In this document: piece by piece, positions 33,419 to 45,200 of the stretch
Layout: each line of letters begins with the position of its first letter
Numbering within the stretch: position 1 is the stretch's first letter
Origin: Mayamaea pseudoterrestris
Lineage: Eukaryota
Assembly (NCBI GenBank): GCA_027923505.1
Contig: BROI01000011.1
Location: 558,001-622,000, forward strand
Direction of reading: 5' to 3'
Length of the DNA: 64,000 bases
Made by a program: the position numbers and the translations under genes
The notes under the pieces: model-generated
Told to the model about the DNA's origin: nothing
Seen by the model: only the letters and a program-made list of their open reading frames with translations
Database searches by the model: none

Positions 33419-35141
33419 CGTTCAACCGCAAGGTTAACTACTGACTGTTATTACCGAATCGACGATGATATTGTATAAACCCAACTGCTTTTGTCTGGAT
33501 TGGAGGTACTGGCATTTAAGGAAAGAAGTGGAAGTTGTTGACATTCGAGCTACGGAATGCTTGCTCATGGGCGACGTTGCTCCGTCATACCACGAACTAT
33601 TCAACACGTTCGCTCGTTATCCAAGTCGTGCTCGGCCATGGTCAAAGTGCTGGAAGATGGCGACTCGCGCGCTTCCATGGGGTTCGGGTGAAAAAGTCAC
33701 TTCAACCTACGCGTCTCTATGAGCTATCACCGAAGCAAGAGCCTCCTCTATGTTGTACTTACTATACCTTCCTTCAATGCGGGTATGTAAAATAAGTTCA
33801 TCGCTTGGGAGTTATGGATGGTACCATGGTCGAACGAGATTGACAGTAAACTACGGTAGGACGAGCTTGATCGTGCCATAGTAAATTGTATCGTGACAAC
33901 GATAATGAATGTCCAACAGTTTCACTAAACTGACGAGCTATAGACTTGAGTGTACACATCGGATTTCACTCCAGCACTCCACTTTCGCAGATGCTGACGA
34001 ACGGTACCGGTAGAAGTTGGAACGGTTGTGTTTGCAGCTTTACTGCTGTCGTTAAAAAAGGATGTTCAGCTGGTCGTCTTTCCTTGTTGATCGGCCGAAA
34101 CGGTCGACGGATAATGTTGATTGTGACTGTCGCCGTTCTCATTCGATGGTTCGATGGATGTAAACAACATCGGTTTAGCAACCCATTTTGCCAGTCGTGT
34201 CATTGTATTTCCAGCTTCTAAAGAAGGATTGCGTATTCGATGATGCTTGCTTTGCTAACTTTTTCAGTGGAAGCCAAGCACCTACCCTACGTTGATGGCT
34301 TAATGGCTTGACGGATGCAACTACCTAGCAGCGTCATTCAGGGTCCAAGAAACCAGTGCTTATTTACAAGTTTTTATATAGGTTTAAGGTAAAGGAGCAC
34401 ATTTAAGGTGCAACATATGAGAGGCAACGGTCGATGTCGACTCGGACTTGTTGCGGCGAGATATGCTTGCATAAAAAATTTGAATGCTACAATGATTGGT
34501 TTTACATGATACCATTCCTCCTTGGGGAAAGAAACAGTGATGGTTGGTTATAGACCAACGGGCTCACGCATGGGATTATATGAGGGTTTTCGATGGGCCG
34601 TTTGCACCTTTGTCGGGTATTAAAACTTTAAAACGATTTACGAGTAAGCGACAGGCAGCGACAGTCCATGCGGCTCCAGCGCTGCTGCTGCCGGCCACAA
34701 ACTCTACAGTAAGTTTGCTTTCAAAAGATGGAGCCATGTCATTTACGTTCTTTACATGTGCAAAACGCTATGAACACCGCTGGCCGAGGCCAGAATTCTT
34801 TGCCAAGACGAAATGGCTCTAACCTACAGTCACATTTCACGAAGAGGCACTTGGGCTGTTGCGGACCACAAGCTATTTGATCTCGGATCAATACAATGGC
34901 ACTGGTGTGGGAATTGGCAGAGGGAGAGACAAAAATTTTAAAACATAGTATGCAGATTAAATCAATACTTGCTTAAAATTTAACGATAGTTGGACCATGC
35001 CTGTTGCTTTCAAACCATAGTGTAAAGCTGCTACGCAATAAGGAATGACTGATTCGATTCGTTTGTATGTGCATTTGCACGAGCAGCTTTCGATTGTAAT
35101 GGTGCGACAAGAGAAAATTAAAAAAGTGAAGTCCCATGGTC

Positions 35142-36230
35142 TCACAAAAAGCCTGCAATGGCGGCCGATAGATCTGCCAAGCTATGTATCCTTGTCGCCA
35201 CAAGCTCCTCAGCAGCTAGCGCCAACTTCTTTCGCTCTTCCACATCTTGTCGGGATGCGGTCGAATATCTGTAGCTTGAACCTATACTTACCGGTACTCG
35301 CGATGACTTGTCAGCAGCCTCAGGCGCGTACCACACCGAATATGCGCCACATGCGGCACTCCCACCAACGTCATTGGCCAAGCAATCACCAACATGACAC
35401 CATATATGACTCTCGACAGCATGGTCTGCGTACAAAGCTCTATATTTGGTAAGCGTCGCTTCGTAAATTCCAGCATGCGGCTTGCGATTTGGAAACACAC
35501 TCTCGTCCTCGCCGCTCACACAAAACTCAAAGAATTTTGCCAAAGCATGCATATTCAGCGGATTCCCCTTGCCATTTGTGATGGCTGCGATGCACGCATC
35601 AGGATAGGCCTGCTTGATCGATTGAAGCATGGGAATTGTTTCGGCGAAAAGGTATCGTTCTGCAGCGGCATGGCGCTCGTGTTCCCAAACTTGGTAGCAC
35701 TCGTCAACAAGGCTTGGCATGCCTTCACACCTGTCTTCGATACTTGTCAATCGTTTCATTTCTGCTTCAATGGCCAACTTACGAAGGGCCGTGTAAGTTA
35801 TCGGTTGGTGTAAAAGTTTACGAACCGCGCGAGTGGTCTCCAAGAAGTCAGCAACACTGGTTGGAAAGCCAAGAGTCTGTAGATGCGTTACCATCTTTTC
35901 ATTGGCATCATGGACGACTTCGCTAACCGGAAACAACGTGTCATCCAAATCAAACGTAAGCAGGCCAAGGGTACGTTCGGTTTCCGAAGCTTCGGCCAGC
36001 GCCAAACAAGGAGTGTACCCCTGATGTTGTAGATAATGATGCACGGGCAAAGTAGCAAACCAAAAACCGCTAACGCACGGAGTAGATGACAGTGCGATTA
36101 GTAAGATCGAAAGTAATGCCAGTTGCACTTTAGCTGAACCAACTCGTCTTTTTGGAATTGGCGTCCAATTGTCGCTGATGTTCCGCTTGACGACATTGTT
36201 TGTATTCGTCAAAGAAATTCTGACAGGCAT
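35142..36230 (-). CDS. HAD-superfamily hydrolase, probably plastid- or ER-targeted; start at ATG 36230 or GTG 36128
   Basis: Motif I FDLDDTL, ITNG, RKPH, HVGDCLANDV; hydrophobic leader QLALLSILLIALSSTPCVSG-F. Confidence 0.88.
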   Translation of the reverse strand: MPVRISLTNTNNVVKRNISDNWTPIPKRRVGSAKVQLALLSILLIALSSTPCVSGFWFATLPVHHYLQHQGYTPCLALAEASETERTLGLLTFDLDDTLFPVSEVVHDANEKMVTHLQTLGFPTSVADFLETTRAVRKLLHQPITYTALRKLAIEAEMKRLTSIEDRCEGMPSLVDECYQVWEHERHAAAERYLFAETIPMLQSIKQAYPDACIAAITNGKGNPLNMHALAKFFEFCVSGEDESVFPNRKPHAGIYEATLTKYRALYADHAVESHIWCHVGDCLANDVGGSAACGAYSVWYAPEAADKSSRVPVSIGSSYRYSTASRQDVEERKKLALAAEELVATRIHSLADLSAAIAGFL

Positions 36231-36330
36231 CTCGATCACCAAGATGTTCCGATAGACAGTGCAATGAGGCAGAATGTTCTCTACTGCAGTCTGTCTGCAG
36301 TTTGCTGGCTGATTCGCTTTTGCTTGGCAT
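36130..36330 (-). CDS. Twin CX9C (CHCH) mitochondrial intermembrane-space protein, COX23-like
   Basis: 66 aa with C-x9-C (CSREHSASLHC) and C-x9-C (CQNFFDEYKQC); the C..FF..YK.C pattern is typical of COX23/CHCHD7. Confidence 0.82.
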   Translation of the reverse strand: MPSKSESASKLQTDCSREHSASLHCLSEHLGDRDACQNFFDEYKQCRQAEHQRQLDANSKKTSWFS

Positions 36331-37028
36331 CGATCAATGACGCTGCTGCTCTTTTAATCGCTGGCTCCAGCCTGAATATCCAAGTCGAGACGTTTATTGT
36401 GCCGGTTGTTTGATCTCAATGCTACGAAACTACCGGAACTGAGGGTATGCTCGAGCAAGCAAAGTTTTCGCCGTCACAATTCGTTGACTTCTGGCAGGGC
36501 GCACCATGGTGGTGGCGCTGCGTCTTGGATCTCACACACGTTTGGGTAATGAGCCAGCACTGTGCTGCCGAGTGTAGAGTCTGTCGATAAGGGCATAGAA
36601 GAATACTCGGAAGGCTAAGGATTTGCAGAAGTTAAGAGTACAGTGTTTATCCATGTCAGATTTATCCAGAGAAATGACCATGACCGAACTGGCGTCTCCG
36701 AGTCTTATGAGTCGGTCGAGGCAATAGTGATCTAAGACACGATCGCAAATGGCACCGTTCCACGTACGTGGCGCGAGGTGCATTTCATCGCATCACTGTT
36801 GTTCCAAGTGCTTCCTCGTCGCGATTGGCTGTTCCAGCGACTTCATCAATCGTTCGGCATCACCCCCGAGGCGATTGAGTCTGTCGCGACACCGCACGCA
36901 GAAGCACCGGCGAAGCGAGCAAGCTGCAACTCCACTCACTTCCTCGTACGACTCTCAACTGCACACACACCAAACGATAGCAGGCTTGTAACTTCTTGTT
37001 ACAGTACTTCTATACAGAAATAAACACC

Positions 37029-38387
37029 ATGAGCTCACCCATGGATAACAACGACGAAAAGATTGTCGAAGATGCCCCGCGTATGCGGAGCGTTAGCATG
37101 ATGACGGCTTCGCCGTCTTCAACCTTGATCCGCGAAGCTCCTTCACTCGTGAAGCGCTACGGCAGTGTCCCTCAGGAACTAATCACGGCCAAGAGCCCTC
37201 CTGTTGTCCAGGCGGCGCCTGCCAAAGTTTCTTCATTGCCTCCTTCTTGGACTGTTTCATCGCTTCCTTGCGTTCCGCTCTACTATCAGTTGGAACGCAC
37301 CCACGTCAAGATCAGCGCGGAACCGGCTGTAGTGGCGCAGCGAGTTTCCGACTGCCTTCGCGATCAATCTACAAGTGCAATCTATCATGATGATCAGGTA
37401 GGTGATCATGATCCCGTAAGAGGAGACGAGAGGATCGACTTGCTTGCGGCAAAAGAGCACGACTTGGCGAGGTCTGCTCGCCGACCTCTCGAAATGTACG
37501 ACTGTTTGGTTCAATTTGACGATCTTTTCCTCACCTCTTGTCTTCTTTCATTTCAGGCCAGCGCCGATGTCGAGACTTGCGACAATGTCTCATTTACGGT
37601 CCGTCTTTGGAAGTCGCAGGAGGACAACCAAGTGATTGTGGAAGTCCAGCGAACATCGGGCTGCTGTTACCTCTTCCACCAAGCATGCAAGGCTGTCCTT
37701 CGCGCGGCCATGGGAGAACCGATTACGAAGCAACCCGTCACGTTCACGTTGCCGAAGTGCATTCCTCAAGAAACGGAGGCTGAGCGTCTCGCATGTCTTG
37801 AGGAGAGTCTTAGCATTTGCTCTGGCCTTTTACAGAACGAACGCATGGACGCTCACCTCATGGCACTCGAAACTCTCGTCAAGCTTTCGAAGTGCTGTCG
37901 ATTGCAAGGGTCAGCTGCGCGGTGTATTCTCAGCTCAGGAGATTTGCTGCACACGCTTGTTTTTTTGATTCAAGCGTCATCCCTCTCTTCCCGCACGGAG
38001 GCCGACGCTAATCGCACGGACGCTGAACAGGAACACCTTGTTCTCATGAATCGCCTCGCCATGACTGTTTTGGCTAATTGCTTGTCCGTTTTGCAAGAAG
38101 AAGGCAAGGAGGAAACGAAGTCGGCTTTGCAGGCTGATATTACTTCGGATACAACACTCTTGGCACTGATTGACCGAGTCGCTCACTGCGACAAGCGACC
38201 GCATGATGCATGCCAGGCTGTTCGATGTCTCCAGAAGCTTGTTCTTCTCAAGAACAACAACTGCAAGCAACGTGCGTTGGCTCTGGGGCTAGCTAACCAC
38301 GCAGATTTTGCGAAGCAGTTCGGGGATCATCGTCATTTGCAGCTGTCTGCAGAGTCTCAAAAGCTGTTGAATCAGTTGAAGGACTAG
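37029..38387 (+). CDS. Hypothetical protein (KA1-like alpha/beta domain plus ARM-like helices); intron 37398-37556
   Basis: Long ORF; CAG|GTAGGT...TTTCAG intron with a pyrimidine tract. Domain assignment is inference only. Confidence 0.75.
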   Translation: MSSPMDNNDEKIVEDAPRMRSVSMMTASPSSTLIREAPSLVKRYGSVPQELITAKSPPVVQAAPAKVSSLPPSWTVSSLPCVPLYYQLERTHVKISAEPAVVAQRVSDCLRDQSTSAIYHDDQVGDHDPVRGDERIDLLAAKEHDLARSARRPLEMYDCLVQFDDLFLTSCLLSFQASADVETCDNVSFTVRLWKSQEDNQVIVEVQRTSGCCYLFHQACKAVLRAAMGEPITKQPVTFTLPKCIPQETEAERLACLEESLSICSGLLQNERMDAHLMALETLVKLSKCCRLQGSAARCILSSGDLLHTLVFLIQASSLSSRTEADANRTDAEQEHLVLMNRLAMTVLANCLSVLQEEGKEETKSALQADITSDTTLLALIDRVAHCDKRPHDACQAVRCLQKLVLLKNNNCKQRALALGLANHADFAKQFGDHRHLQLSAESQKLLNQLKD

Positions 38388-38957
38388 GCATAAGTACATG
38401 TAAAGCAATATAGCTTGTACCTTTATTTACATTGGCAATCTCTTGATCAGGTAGTTCACTTAATTGTATAGTACTGGACCCGACGCTTGACGAGGCACTC
38501 ATGCCTTTGAAGAATAGTGCCGTGCCCAAACAACAAGCTACCCCTAGCAGAGCCGGCGCTACAAGATGGATAGCAGCAACCGTAGTCCCTCAGCAGACTG
38601 TACTTTCTTTAAAAACGAATAGTTATCCAGCCCAGCGCTGGTGACAGTGAGCCATGCTGGAGCTCATAAACCATGGTCATGCATAAACCACACAAGAAAA
38701 GGCCAACACTAATACCCTAATGTGATGTACCGAGTGGCGGTATCGTACACGTACGTGCTGCTAATTTTTTATTATATAATCAACAATGCGTTCTTATCAT
38801 CTTCGCCAACTACGTGTCCCCGACAGCATGTGTAAAACAATATGCCTGTGAAGCCTGCACCAGAAGGCACGACAGACAAGTAGCGTCGCACAAATGGTGC
38901 ATGGCGGGTGACGATCCGCCTCGATTATGACTCAACTCTACCATCTAACTCTGACTT

Positions 38958-39537
38958 TTAAAGTTCATCTTCATGCAGAATCATGTTAGGGATGCTGTCT
39001 TTGATGGGAAATCTGCGACCAGTGTCAGGACAGATGAGAGTCCCTTCAATGACGTGAATGTCAAATAAAACCTTGTGCAAATTCTTGAAAAGTAGCTCAT
39101 CATCGTCGCCTTCAAGTTGCGGGCACTCTTGCGGAAGCTCTGGCATGTCTGGTATTTGATTCGCGAGTTGAATGGACGCTTGGCGAAGCGTAGGGTAGTC
39201 GAGTTTGGGAAGCGTTCGTCGGAGCATTTCACGATCCACTGGACTTTCCTCGATTGTCACCTCTGTGGCTTCGATGCCAAGCGGATAGCCTTTCGTTGTT
39301 CTAAAAGCAGTAAGAAAACTTACAGTGTTTAGTGGCTCAAACAACAACGAGACGAGCCAACAAAAAAGCAGCTACAAGCTACTTGCATCGTCCAGCCACC
39401 AGCCAGCGAGTCTACTCGCTGCGGCGTTTCCTTGCAATGCCTTGTATAAGCATTAGGCGCGACAGAACAACATCTCTATAATATATAACGTACCCTTTGA
39501 CAGTAGACTGAAGGAAATTATGCGTGAAGAGTCTCAT
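38958..39537 (-). CDS. TRM112: TRM112 methyltransferase activator; intron 39301-39493
   Basis: Spliced product MRLFTHNFLQSTVKGTTKGYPL...EGTLICPDTGRRFPIKDSIPNMIL. Confidence 0.94.
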
Positions 39538-39755
39538 GCTTGCTGTTGACGTGACGGCAAAAATGAACGAAAAAGTGAGGCGACGAGCTGAGATGTCACA
39601 TCGGTTGTCGTCATGCGAGACCCTCGTTTTGGCAGCCGCTCATTTCCTTCTCGCTCATCATCCACGCACCGCCTGCCGACTGCTCACTCGTGTAGTTCCT
39701 ACACCTACCCAAGCCATCACAAAGAACCTCGTCGTATACGAATTATAGGAAAATC

Positions 39756-40817
39756 ATGTCTACGCCGGAAACAGTAGCTTCAACCGACGCAACAATTAAA
39801 CCAGAATCGACTGCCAGCAAAAAGACTGCCATTGAGCTTTCGTCAGACGCTCTTGATCCAGCCACCAATGGAGGTTTTCGCATTTACTTGGGCGAGGATC
39901 ACAAGAACTTGGACTGTCGTTTCTATGAAGAAAAGTATCCGGAGATCGAGTCCGTCGTCATGGTCAATGTCCGCAACATTGCCGACATGGGGGCGTATGT
40001 TTCCTTGCTGGAGTATGGCAACATTGAAGGCATGATTCTTCTTTCGGAACTTTCGCGCCGTCGCATTCGATCCATTCACAAGCTAATTCGAGTCGGACGC
40101 AACGAAGTTGTCATGGTGTTGCGCGTTGATAAGGAGAAGGGATACATTGATCTTTCCAAGCGTCGAGTGAGCCCTGAGGATGTGGCGGCCTGCGAGGATC
40201 GATTCAACAAGGCCAAAGCGGTGCATGGAGTCTTGCGTCATGTTGCGGAGAGGAGAAAAATGATGCTTGAGGATTTGTATGAGCGAATTGCTTGGCCGCT
40301 GTATAAGAAGTTTGGGCATGCCTACGATGCTTTCAAGCTAGCGATATCTGACGAGAAGAACGCGGCCGATCCTTTCGAGGACATTGACGTACCCGACGAT
40401 TTGAAACAAGAAATTAGAACGTACATTCTTCGACGGCTAGCGCCGCAGCCTGTCAAGATTCGAAGTGACATTGAAGTCTCGTGCTTTACGTACGAGGGCA
40501 TTGACGCGATCCGCGAGGCCTTGTTTGCTGGCATGGCATTGGGTTCGGACAATTCGCAAATCAAGATTAAACTCATTGCTCCTCCCATTTATGTCTTGTC
40601 GACGACTACGTTGGAGAAGGAAGTTGGCATTGCGCTTTTGAATGCGGCAATTGACACGATTCGCGAAAAGATTACTGCCAAGGGCGGAAAGATTGACGTG
40701 AAGATGGCGCCGAAGGCAGTCAGTGTCAAGGAAGACATGGAGCTACAAGCAATGATGGATCGCTTGGCGTTGGAGAATGAAGAAGTTGATGGGGATGCTC
40801 CCGAGGACGATGCGTAA
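39756..40817 (+). CDS. eIF2S1: Eukaryotic translation initiation factor 2 alpha
   Basis: [10 protein letters not shown]1 domain with [16 protein letters not shown] (Ser51 site); [11 protein letters not shown]. Confidence 0.97.
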   Translation: MSTPETVASTDATIKPESTASKKTAIELSSDALDPATNGGFRIYLGEDHKNLDCRFYEEKYPEIESVVMVNVRNIADMGAYVSLLEYGNIEGMILLSELSRRRIRSIHKLIRVGRNEVVMVLRVDKEKGYIDLSKRRVSPEDVAACEDRFNKAKAVHGVLRHVAERRKMMLEDLYERIAWPLYKKFGHAYDAFKLAISDEKNAADPFEDIDVPDDLKQEIRTYILRRLAPQPVKIRSDIEVSCFTYEGIDAIREALFAGMALGSDNSQIKIKLIAPPIYVLSTTTLEKEVGIALLNAAIDTIREKITAKGGKIDVKMAPKAVSVKEDMELQAMMDRLALENEEVDGDAPEDDA

Positions 40818-41126
40818 AGATGATGTGCATCTACTAGTTCACACGTTGTTGTAAAATTGGTAAACAAAGTCAAATTTATTGTCGATGTATAGCTCAGGCC
40901 CTTGCTGTTGTTGATTAGAGTATAACTTTGGAGATAAGAACTCGTCCATAGTCTTGCTTGAAGCAGGTGGGAGGAAGATAGCTACCCCTTGTCGTTACTT
41001 TCTACCGCTTACTAACCCTCATCCTTAAAATTCTTCGTGCAAATCGACCATGCCGAACGAAAACGCTCACAAGAGTCTCAGGCCGTCTCCCTTGACTTAA
41101 TCTGCTTGAGTTCCTAGTCAGTCACC

Positions 41127-41841
41127 ATGAACAAGTTATCAAAATCGCAAAAGGACGAATTCGCTACAGCGTTTGCCATTTTGGCGCTTTATGACGGAGG
41201 GGTGAGTAGGAAAAATTTGGACTCTGCCGTTTTGACGAAGCAACGATGGCCAAGAGGCGATGCAAGTGTAATACGAGTTCGAAGCGGAAGTACAAAATCA
41301 GTTATCAGCTTCTTAACGAATCAATCTGCATCGGTGCGAATGGCCTGCCATCGCGCCGGCGTAGCATTTCTCGACCTCGCTTTCACGTTGTCTTTGCCAT
41401 GGTGCTGGAACCCTAAAAATGGACCTTCGTTCGATATTGCGCACATTAAATGGCTTCTGCTACTATCCCGTCGTGTTTAACAGCGAATTTGTCATTATGT
41501 TTGTCTAACCCACGTCACGTCGCTGTATTCTACAGGCCGATGTTACCACGGAACAAATCAACGGTTTGTTGAACGCCACCGGCAACACTGAAGTCGAACC
41601 TTTCTACCCCATCATCTTTTCCAACTTTCTCAGTTCACCAGAGAAGATTGCCAAGCTCATTGCTGTTCCATCCGCTGGCGGAGGTGGAGGCGGTGGTGGC
41701 GCTGCTGCTGGAGGCGCCGATGGCGGCGACGCACCGGCTGCCGCCAAGGAGGAAGAGAAGGAGGAGGAAGTTGAAATGGACCTTGCTGGAGGCATGGACA
41801 TGTTCGGCGGAGAGAGCGGCGGCGGCGGTGGTGACTATTAA
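41127..41841 (+). CDS. RPLP1: 60S acidic ribosomal protein P1; intron 41202-41535
   Basis: FAILALYDGG|ADVTTEQI...VEPFYP, Gly/Ala hinge, acidic KEEEKEEE tail, MDMFG. Confidence 0.9.
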
Positions 41842-42218
41842 GCGTATAAAATACATCCTGTAGACTTTGTCGCTTTCTATATGATCTGTGACACCATGGC
41901 AGAAGTGTATCGAAACCCTCCAACTCTTTATGCTGAAAAAGATGAACTATTCGTTCGTACTTTTACTTAACTACATGAGTCGTCGAGTGGAAGCGATCAT
42001 TCCTCCAACTACCGGTACTTCATGTGCTATTACTTCTAGAAGTAGTAATACATGCTAAGTTAGGTCAGTCACTGCCACATGCGCGGCGCTATGCGACAAC
42101 ACGACGACGTAGTCGATTCACCTTACTATCTTTAATAAAACTGAGGGAAAACGAAGATTTACTATTACAAGTCTTATCTCGCTACTGCACTTTCGCCGTG
42201 CAGGTCGTAGAAACGCAC

Positions 42219-43058
42219 TTAAGAGCTGTGGAAGATGGGGATTCCGCTGATGGCAGGGACGGCTCCTGGGATGTTGTATTCGCTGATGAATCCGATAATG
42301 GCAATCATGGCCTGTTGTTCGCAAAAAGAAAGATTAACGAATGTTAGTATCAATAATAGCGGACGTGACCAAATGAACTTTATATTACTTACAAGTCGAC
42401 CATTGTTAAGCTCGCTTGTTCGCTTCTTCTTGAGCGTGGCAGCATCGACACCTGAGAAGTCAATGGCAGGGAACACCATACCTGGAAGATCACCGCCTTT
42501 CATGTAGTGAGTACCCTTGGACTCGGTCACAAGCTCAGCAATGAAGCAAGTGGCCAAAATCTGTGCCTTGCCCGCATCGGGGACAAGGGCCCACTGATCG
42601 ATCGGGTTGAGGCCCGAAAGGGATTCGAATGAAACATCCTTGCTTAGCATGCCCGGGAAGTGGATTCCAGCAGCCTGAACGATGTATCCAGTGACGGCAA
42701 CCATTGCTGCGCGACCATTCTTTTGCTCAGCAGCCTGAAACCAGCGGAAAGTCTCGTCGCTTCCGACCGAGGCGAGGCCGAGGGGGTCGAATTTAGGGAC
42801 CGGGAGACTGCTTCCAGGAAGTTCATCAAGGGCAACGCGGGAAGTGGTGAGTGATGCCTGGCAAAATCAAGAATGAGTATCGTAAGAAGCTGCATGTGGT
42901 ACTATGATGGTAAACATATGATGCACGAAACCATTTTGAATTTCGACAGGAAAGAGCCAGTCACCATTCAACGACAACGCACATACCTTGCTGTTGCTGG
43001 ATGGAGCAAAAGCAGCGGCAGAGCCGGCAATAGCGAGAACAGTGGCAGCGATCTTCAT
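42219..43058 (-). CDS. Fucoxanthin-chlorophyll light-harvesting protein (Lhcq-like); introns 42858-42986 and 42312-42392
   Basis: Bipartite signal MKIAATVLAIAGSAAAFAP; FDPLGLA, AAEQKNGRAAM, ELNNGRL|AM. Confidence 0.93.
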
Positions 43059-43320
43059 TATTAAAGTGTGATATGGCGTACTATGGATTGAATGCAAAGG
43101 CAACAGGACGACGAATGCTTTTCGCGTGGTCGAAGCGAGGACGAAGAAAAAAGCCACGGGGCTACGTGCGTATCTAGCAGGTTCAACCGTGACTCAGGAG
43201 GGACTCATCCAAGCCATCCTCGTTTGCGCCAAACTTTAGATGCCTTGATACTATGTCAGCCAGAGAAACCAGCGAGGGTTAGGTAGTAAGATGCATAATC
43301 GATATCTTGTGCTTTTAATC

Positions 43321-44853
43321 TTAAATTTTGGTGGATGAGAATATGCCCAGCACTTGCAGGCCACCATGGCTAGTTTGCATTTTTGTCTCAATATCAAGCC
43401 CGTGGAAGCCCTGTTGCGCAAGCAAACGATCATGCACTAGCATCATTGCTGATGCATTCGATCCAGACTGGTTGAACTTTTGGACCTTATTGGCCAATGT
43501 CTGATAGAGTGGCAGCATCGGATGAAACTTTCGCGAAGGGTTTCTGCTTGCACTTCGAGTGCTTGATATTCTTCGACCAAACGGCAAATTCGTTGCCACC
43601 AAGAGTCGACTTGGAGCATCTGCGGGGTTTTCAAACAATGGTTGGCTGGATATGGCGCAATGTGCAAAGTCAATCATGTGGAGGACACCGGCCCGTTCGG
43701 CGTTTGCCCTGGCCACGTCGATCGCTCCGCTGTCCCGATCCGATCCAAATATACTAATGGAACTGTTCTTTGATGCCTTATTGCTTCTTTCCAATGCATC
43801 CGCCACTTTTGCACTCCACAGTTTGTTGTCGTGTAGCCTTGTCCCTTCAAACGGCGGCGGTCGAAGCCTTCCAGGCGGCAAGCAACTGGCCATGGCAGCT
43901 GCTTCAATCGGAATCGTCCCAGACCCACAGAGAGGATCCAGCAAGCCATTGTAAAAAGGTTCTTCTTGAATTATTCTACTCGCAGGTATCCAATTAGATG
44001 CATAGAGCATTGCAAAGGCCAGATCTTCCCGCAAGGGAGCCTTGGCCGTCTGCAGCCGATACCCACGACGATGCAACGGAGTAGGAGAAGACTGCAGCGC
44101 TATCCGAAATATGTCGCGATCAACTGATACTTGCAAAACAACTGGAGTCGTAGCAGATTGTTGCATCAATCCTGGAATTGGGGCCTGTCCGTCATCTTCC
44201 TTGCATCCAAGACAAGTGTGAACGGCTCGTCGAATGCAATCCGAAACAGCCTTAGTATGCATCAACTTGCTCTTGCTCGCCGTCACTTTGATTTGAAGAT
44301 CCACAAATCCCATGTGTTCTGCACGAAATACTTCTTGCCAAGGTAATCGTTCCAGTTTTCGTTGCAGTTGATGCATCCCTCGCGCCATGAAAGGTTCATT
44401 ATGCAGTGGAAGCAAAATATGCGTCGCAGTTCCAAGATACAAATGACACTTTAAAAGTTGATCCATGTTCATGGGTGCCTTGGCTTGAATAACATGTCTC
44501 TGGTGAGTCTTTACGTGTGGCACATCAAGCGCGGAAAGCTCATCCGACAGGATTGTCTCCAGGCCTGGTTGACAAGTGATCAATGGAGGAGATGTGATGC
44601 CGTGCCGGTAGACTGTTGATTGTAGACATGTCGAATGACCAGTTTCGATTCGTTCAAACTCGTCTGCAACAAGAGACGTCTCATCGGTTTGTATTTCTCG
44701 CTTGCGATGAGATTTCCTCGGTCGTTTCGGCGGATTGATGCTTGCTGACAATGGTTGCCCTGCTCCGAACCGCCGAAGTGACGGGGCTGCAATTTTCACC
44801 AAGCCTCGACTCAAGTCGTGCACGACGCATCGATGCGTCAAGCTAGCGAGCAT
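43321..44853 (-). CDS. THUMP-domain m2G RNA methyltransferase (RlmL/UPF0020-like), possibly organellar
   Basis: TCQPGLE, LHRRGYR, APLREDLA, DPLCGSGTIPIEAA, GSDRD, ATNLPFG; basic transit-peptide-like N-terminus. Confidence 0.88.
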   Translation of the reverse strand: MLASLTHRCVVHDLSRGLVKIAAPSLRRFGAGQPLSASINPPKRPRKSHRKREIQTDETSLVADEFERIETGHSTCLQSTVYRHGITSPPLITCQPGLETILSDELSALDVPHVKTHQRHVIQAKAPMNMDQLLKCHLYLGTATHILLPLHNEPFMARGMHQLQRKLERLPWQEVFRAEHMGFVDLQIKVTASKSKLMHTKAVSDCIRRAVHTCLGCKEDDGQAPIPGLMQQSATTPVVLQVSVDRDIFRIALQSSPTPLHRRGYRLQTAKAPLREDLAFAMLYASNWIPASRIIQEEPFYNGLLDPLCGSGTIPIEAAAMASCLPPGRLRPPPFEGTRLHDNKLWSAKVADALERSNKASKNSSISIFGSDRDSGAIDVARANAERAGVLHMIDFAHCAISSQPLFENPADAPSRLLVATNLPFGRRISSTRSASRNPSRKFHPMLPLYQTLANKVQKFNQSGSNASAMMLVHDRLLAQQGFHGLDIETKMQTSHGGLQVLGIFSSTKI

Positions 44854-45200
44854 TCGCTAGTGACACATAAACTCCTGACTGCGGAAGTTAAATTTTGATT
44901 GTCAATTGCAGGTTTGATGTTTGAAGGATCAGGTCGTGATGGATGAGGCGGAGGTAATGAATCGCACCGGTTCCGGATACAATTCCATCGAAGGCCACAC
45001 AGAAATTTTGTTTCGTCCGTTCGTTGTGTTACATACGCCAACTTCGCGCCGGCCGAGCTTCGGCGCATGCGTCCCGAGAACGCATTGCCACCGGCCGATC
45101 GCAGCAGTGCGCATCATTCATTTGCGACGAGTTTTGAGTGAGGCACTTGGAGCGAGGAAGAGAGCTGAGCGAGGACGCAGACACTACTCTAAACAATACG

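Noticed and set aside
33450..35000. Short ORFs in the 1.6-kb spacer upstream of the HPP gene
   Set aside because: No recognisable domain, repeat or RNA structure; treated as intergenic.
41202..41535. Long RPLP1 intron as a snoRNA host
   Set aside because: No box C (RTGATGA) and D pair found; an H/ACA RNA cannot be judged by eye.
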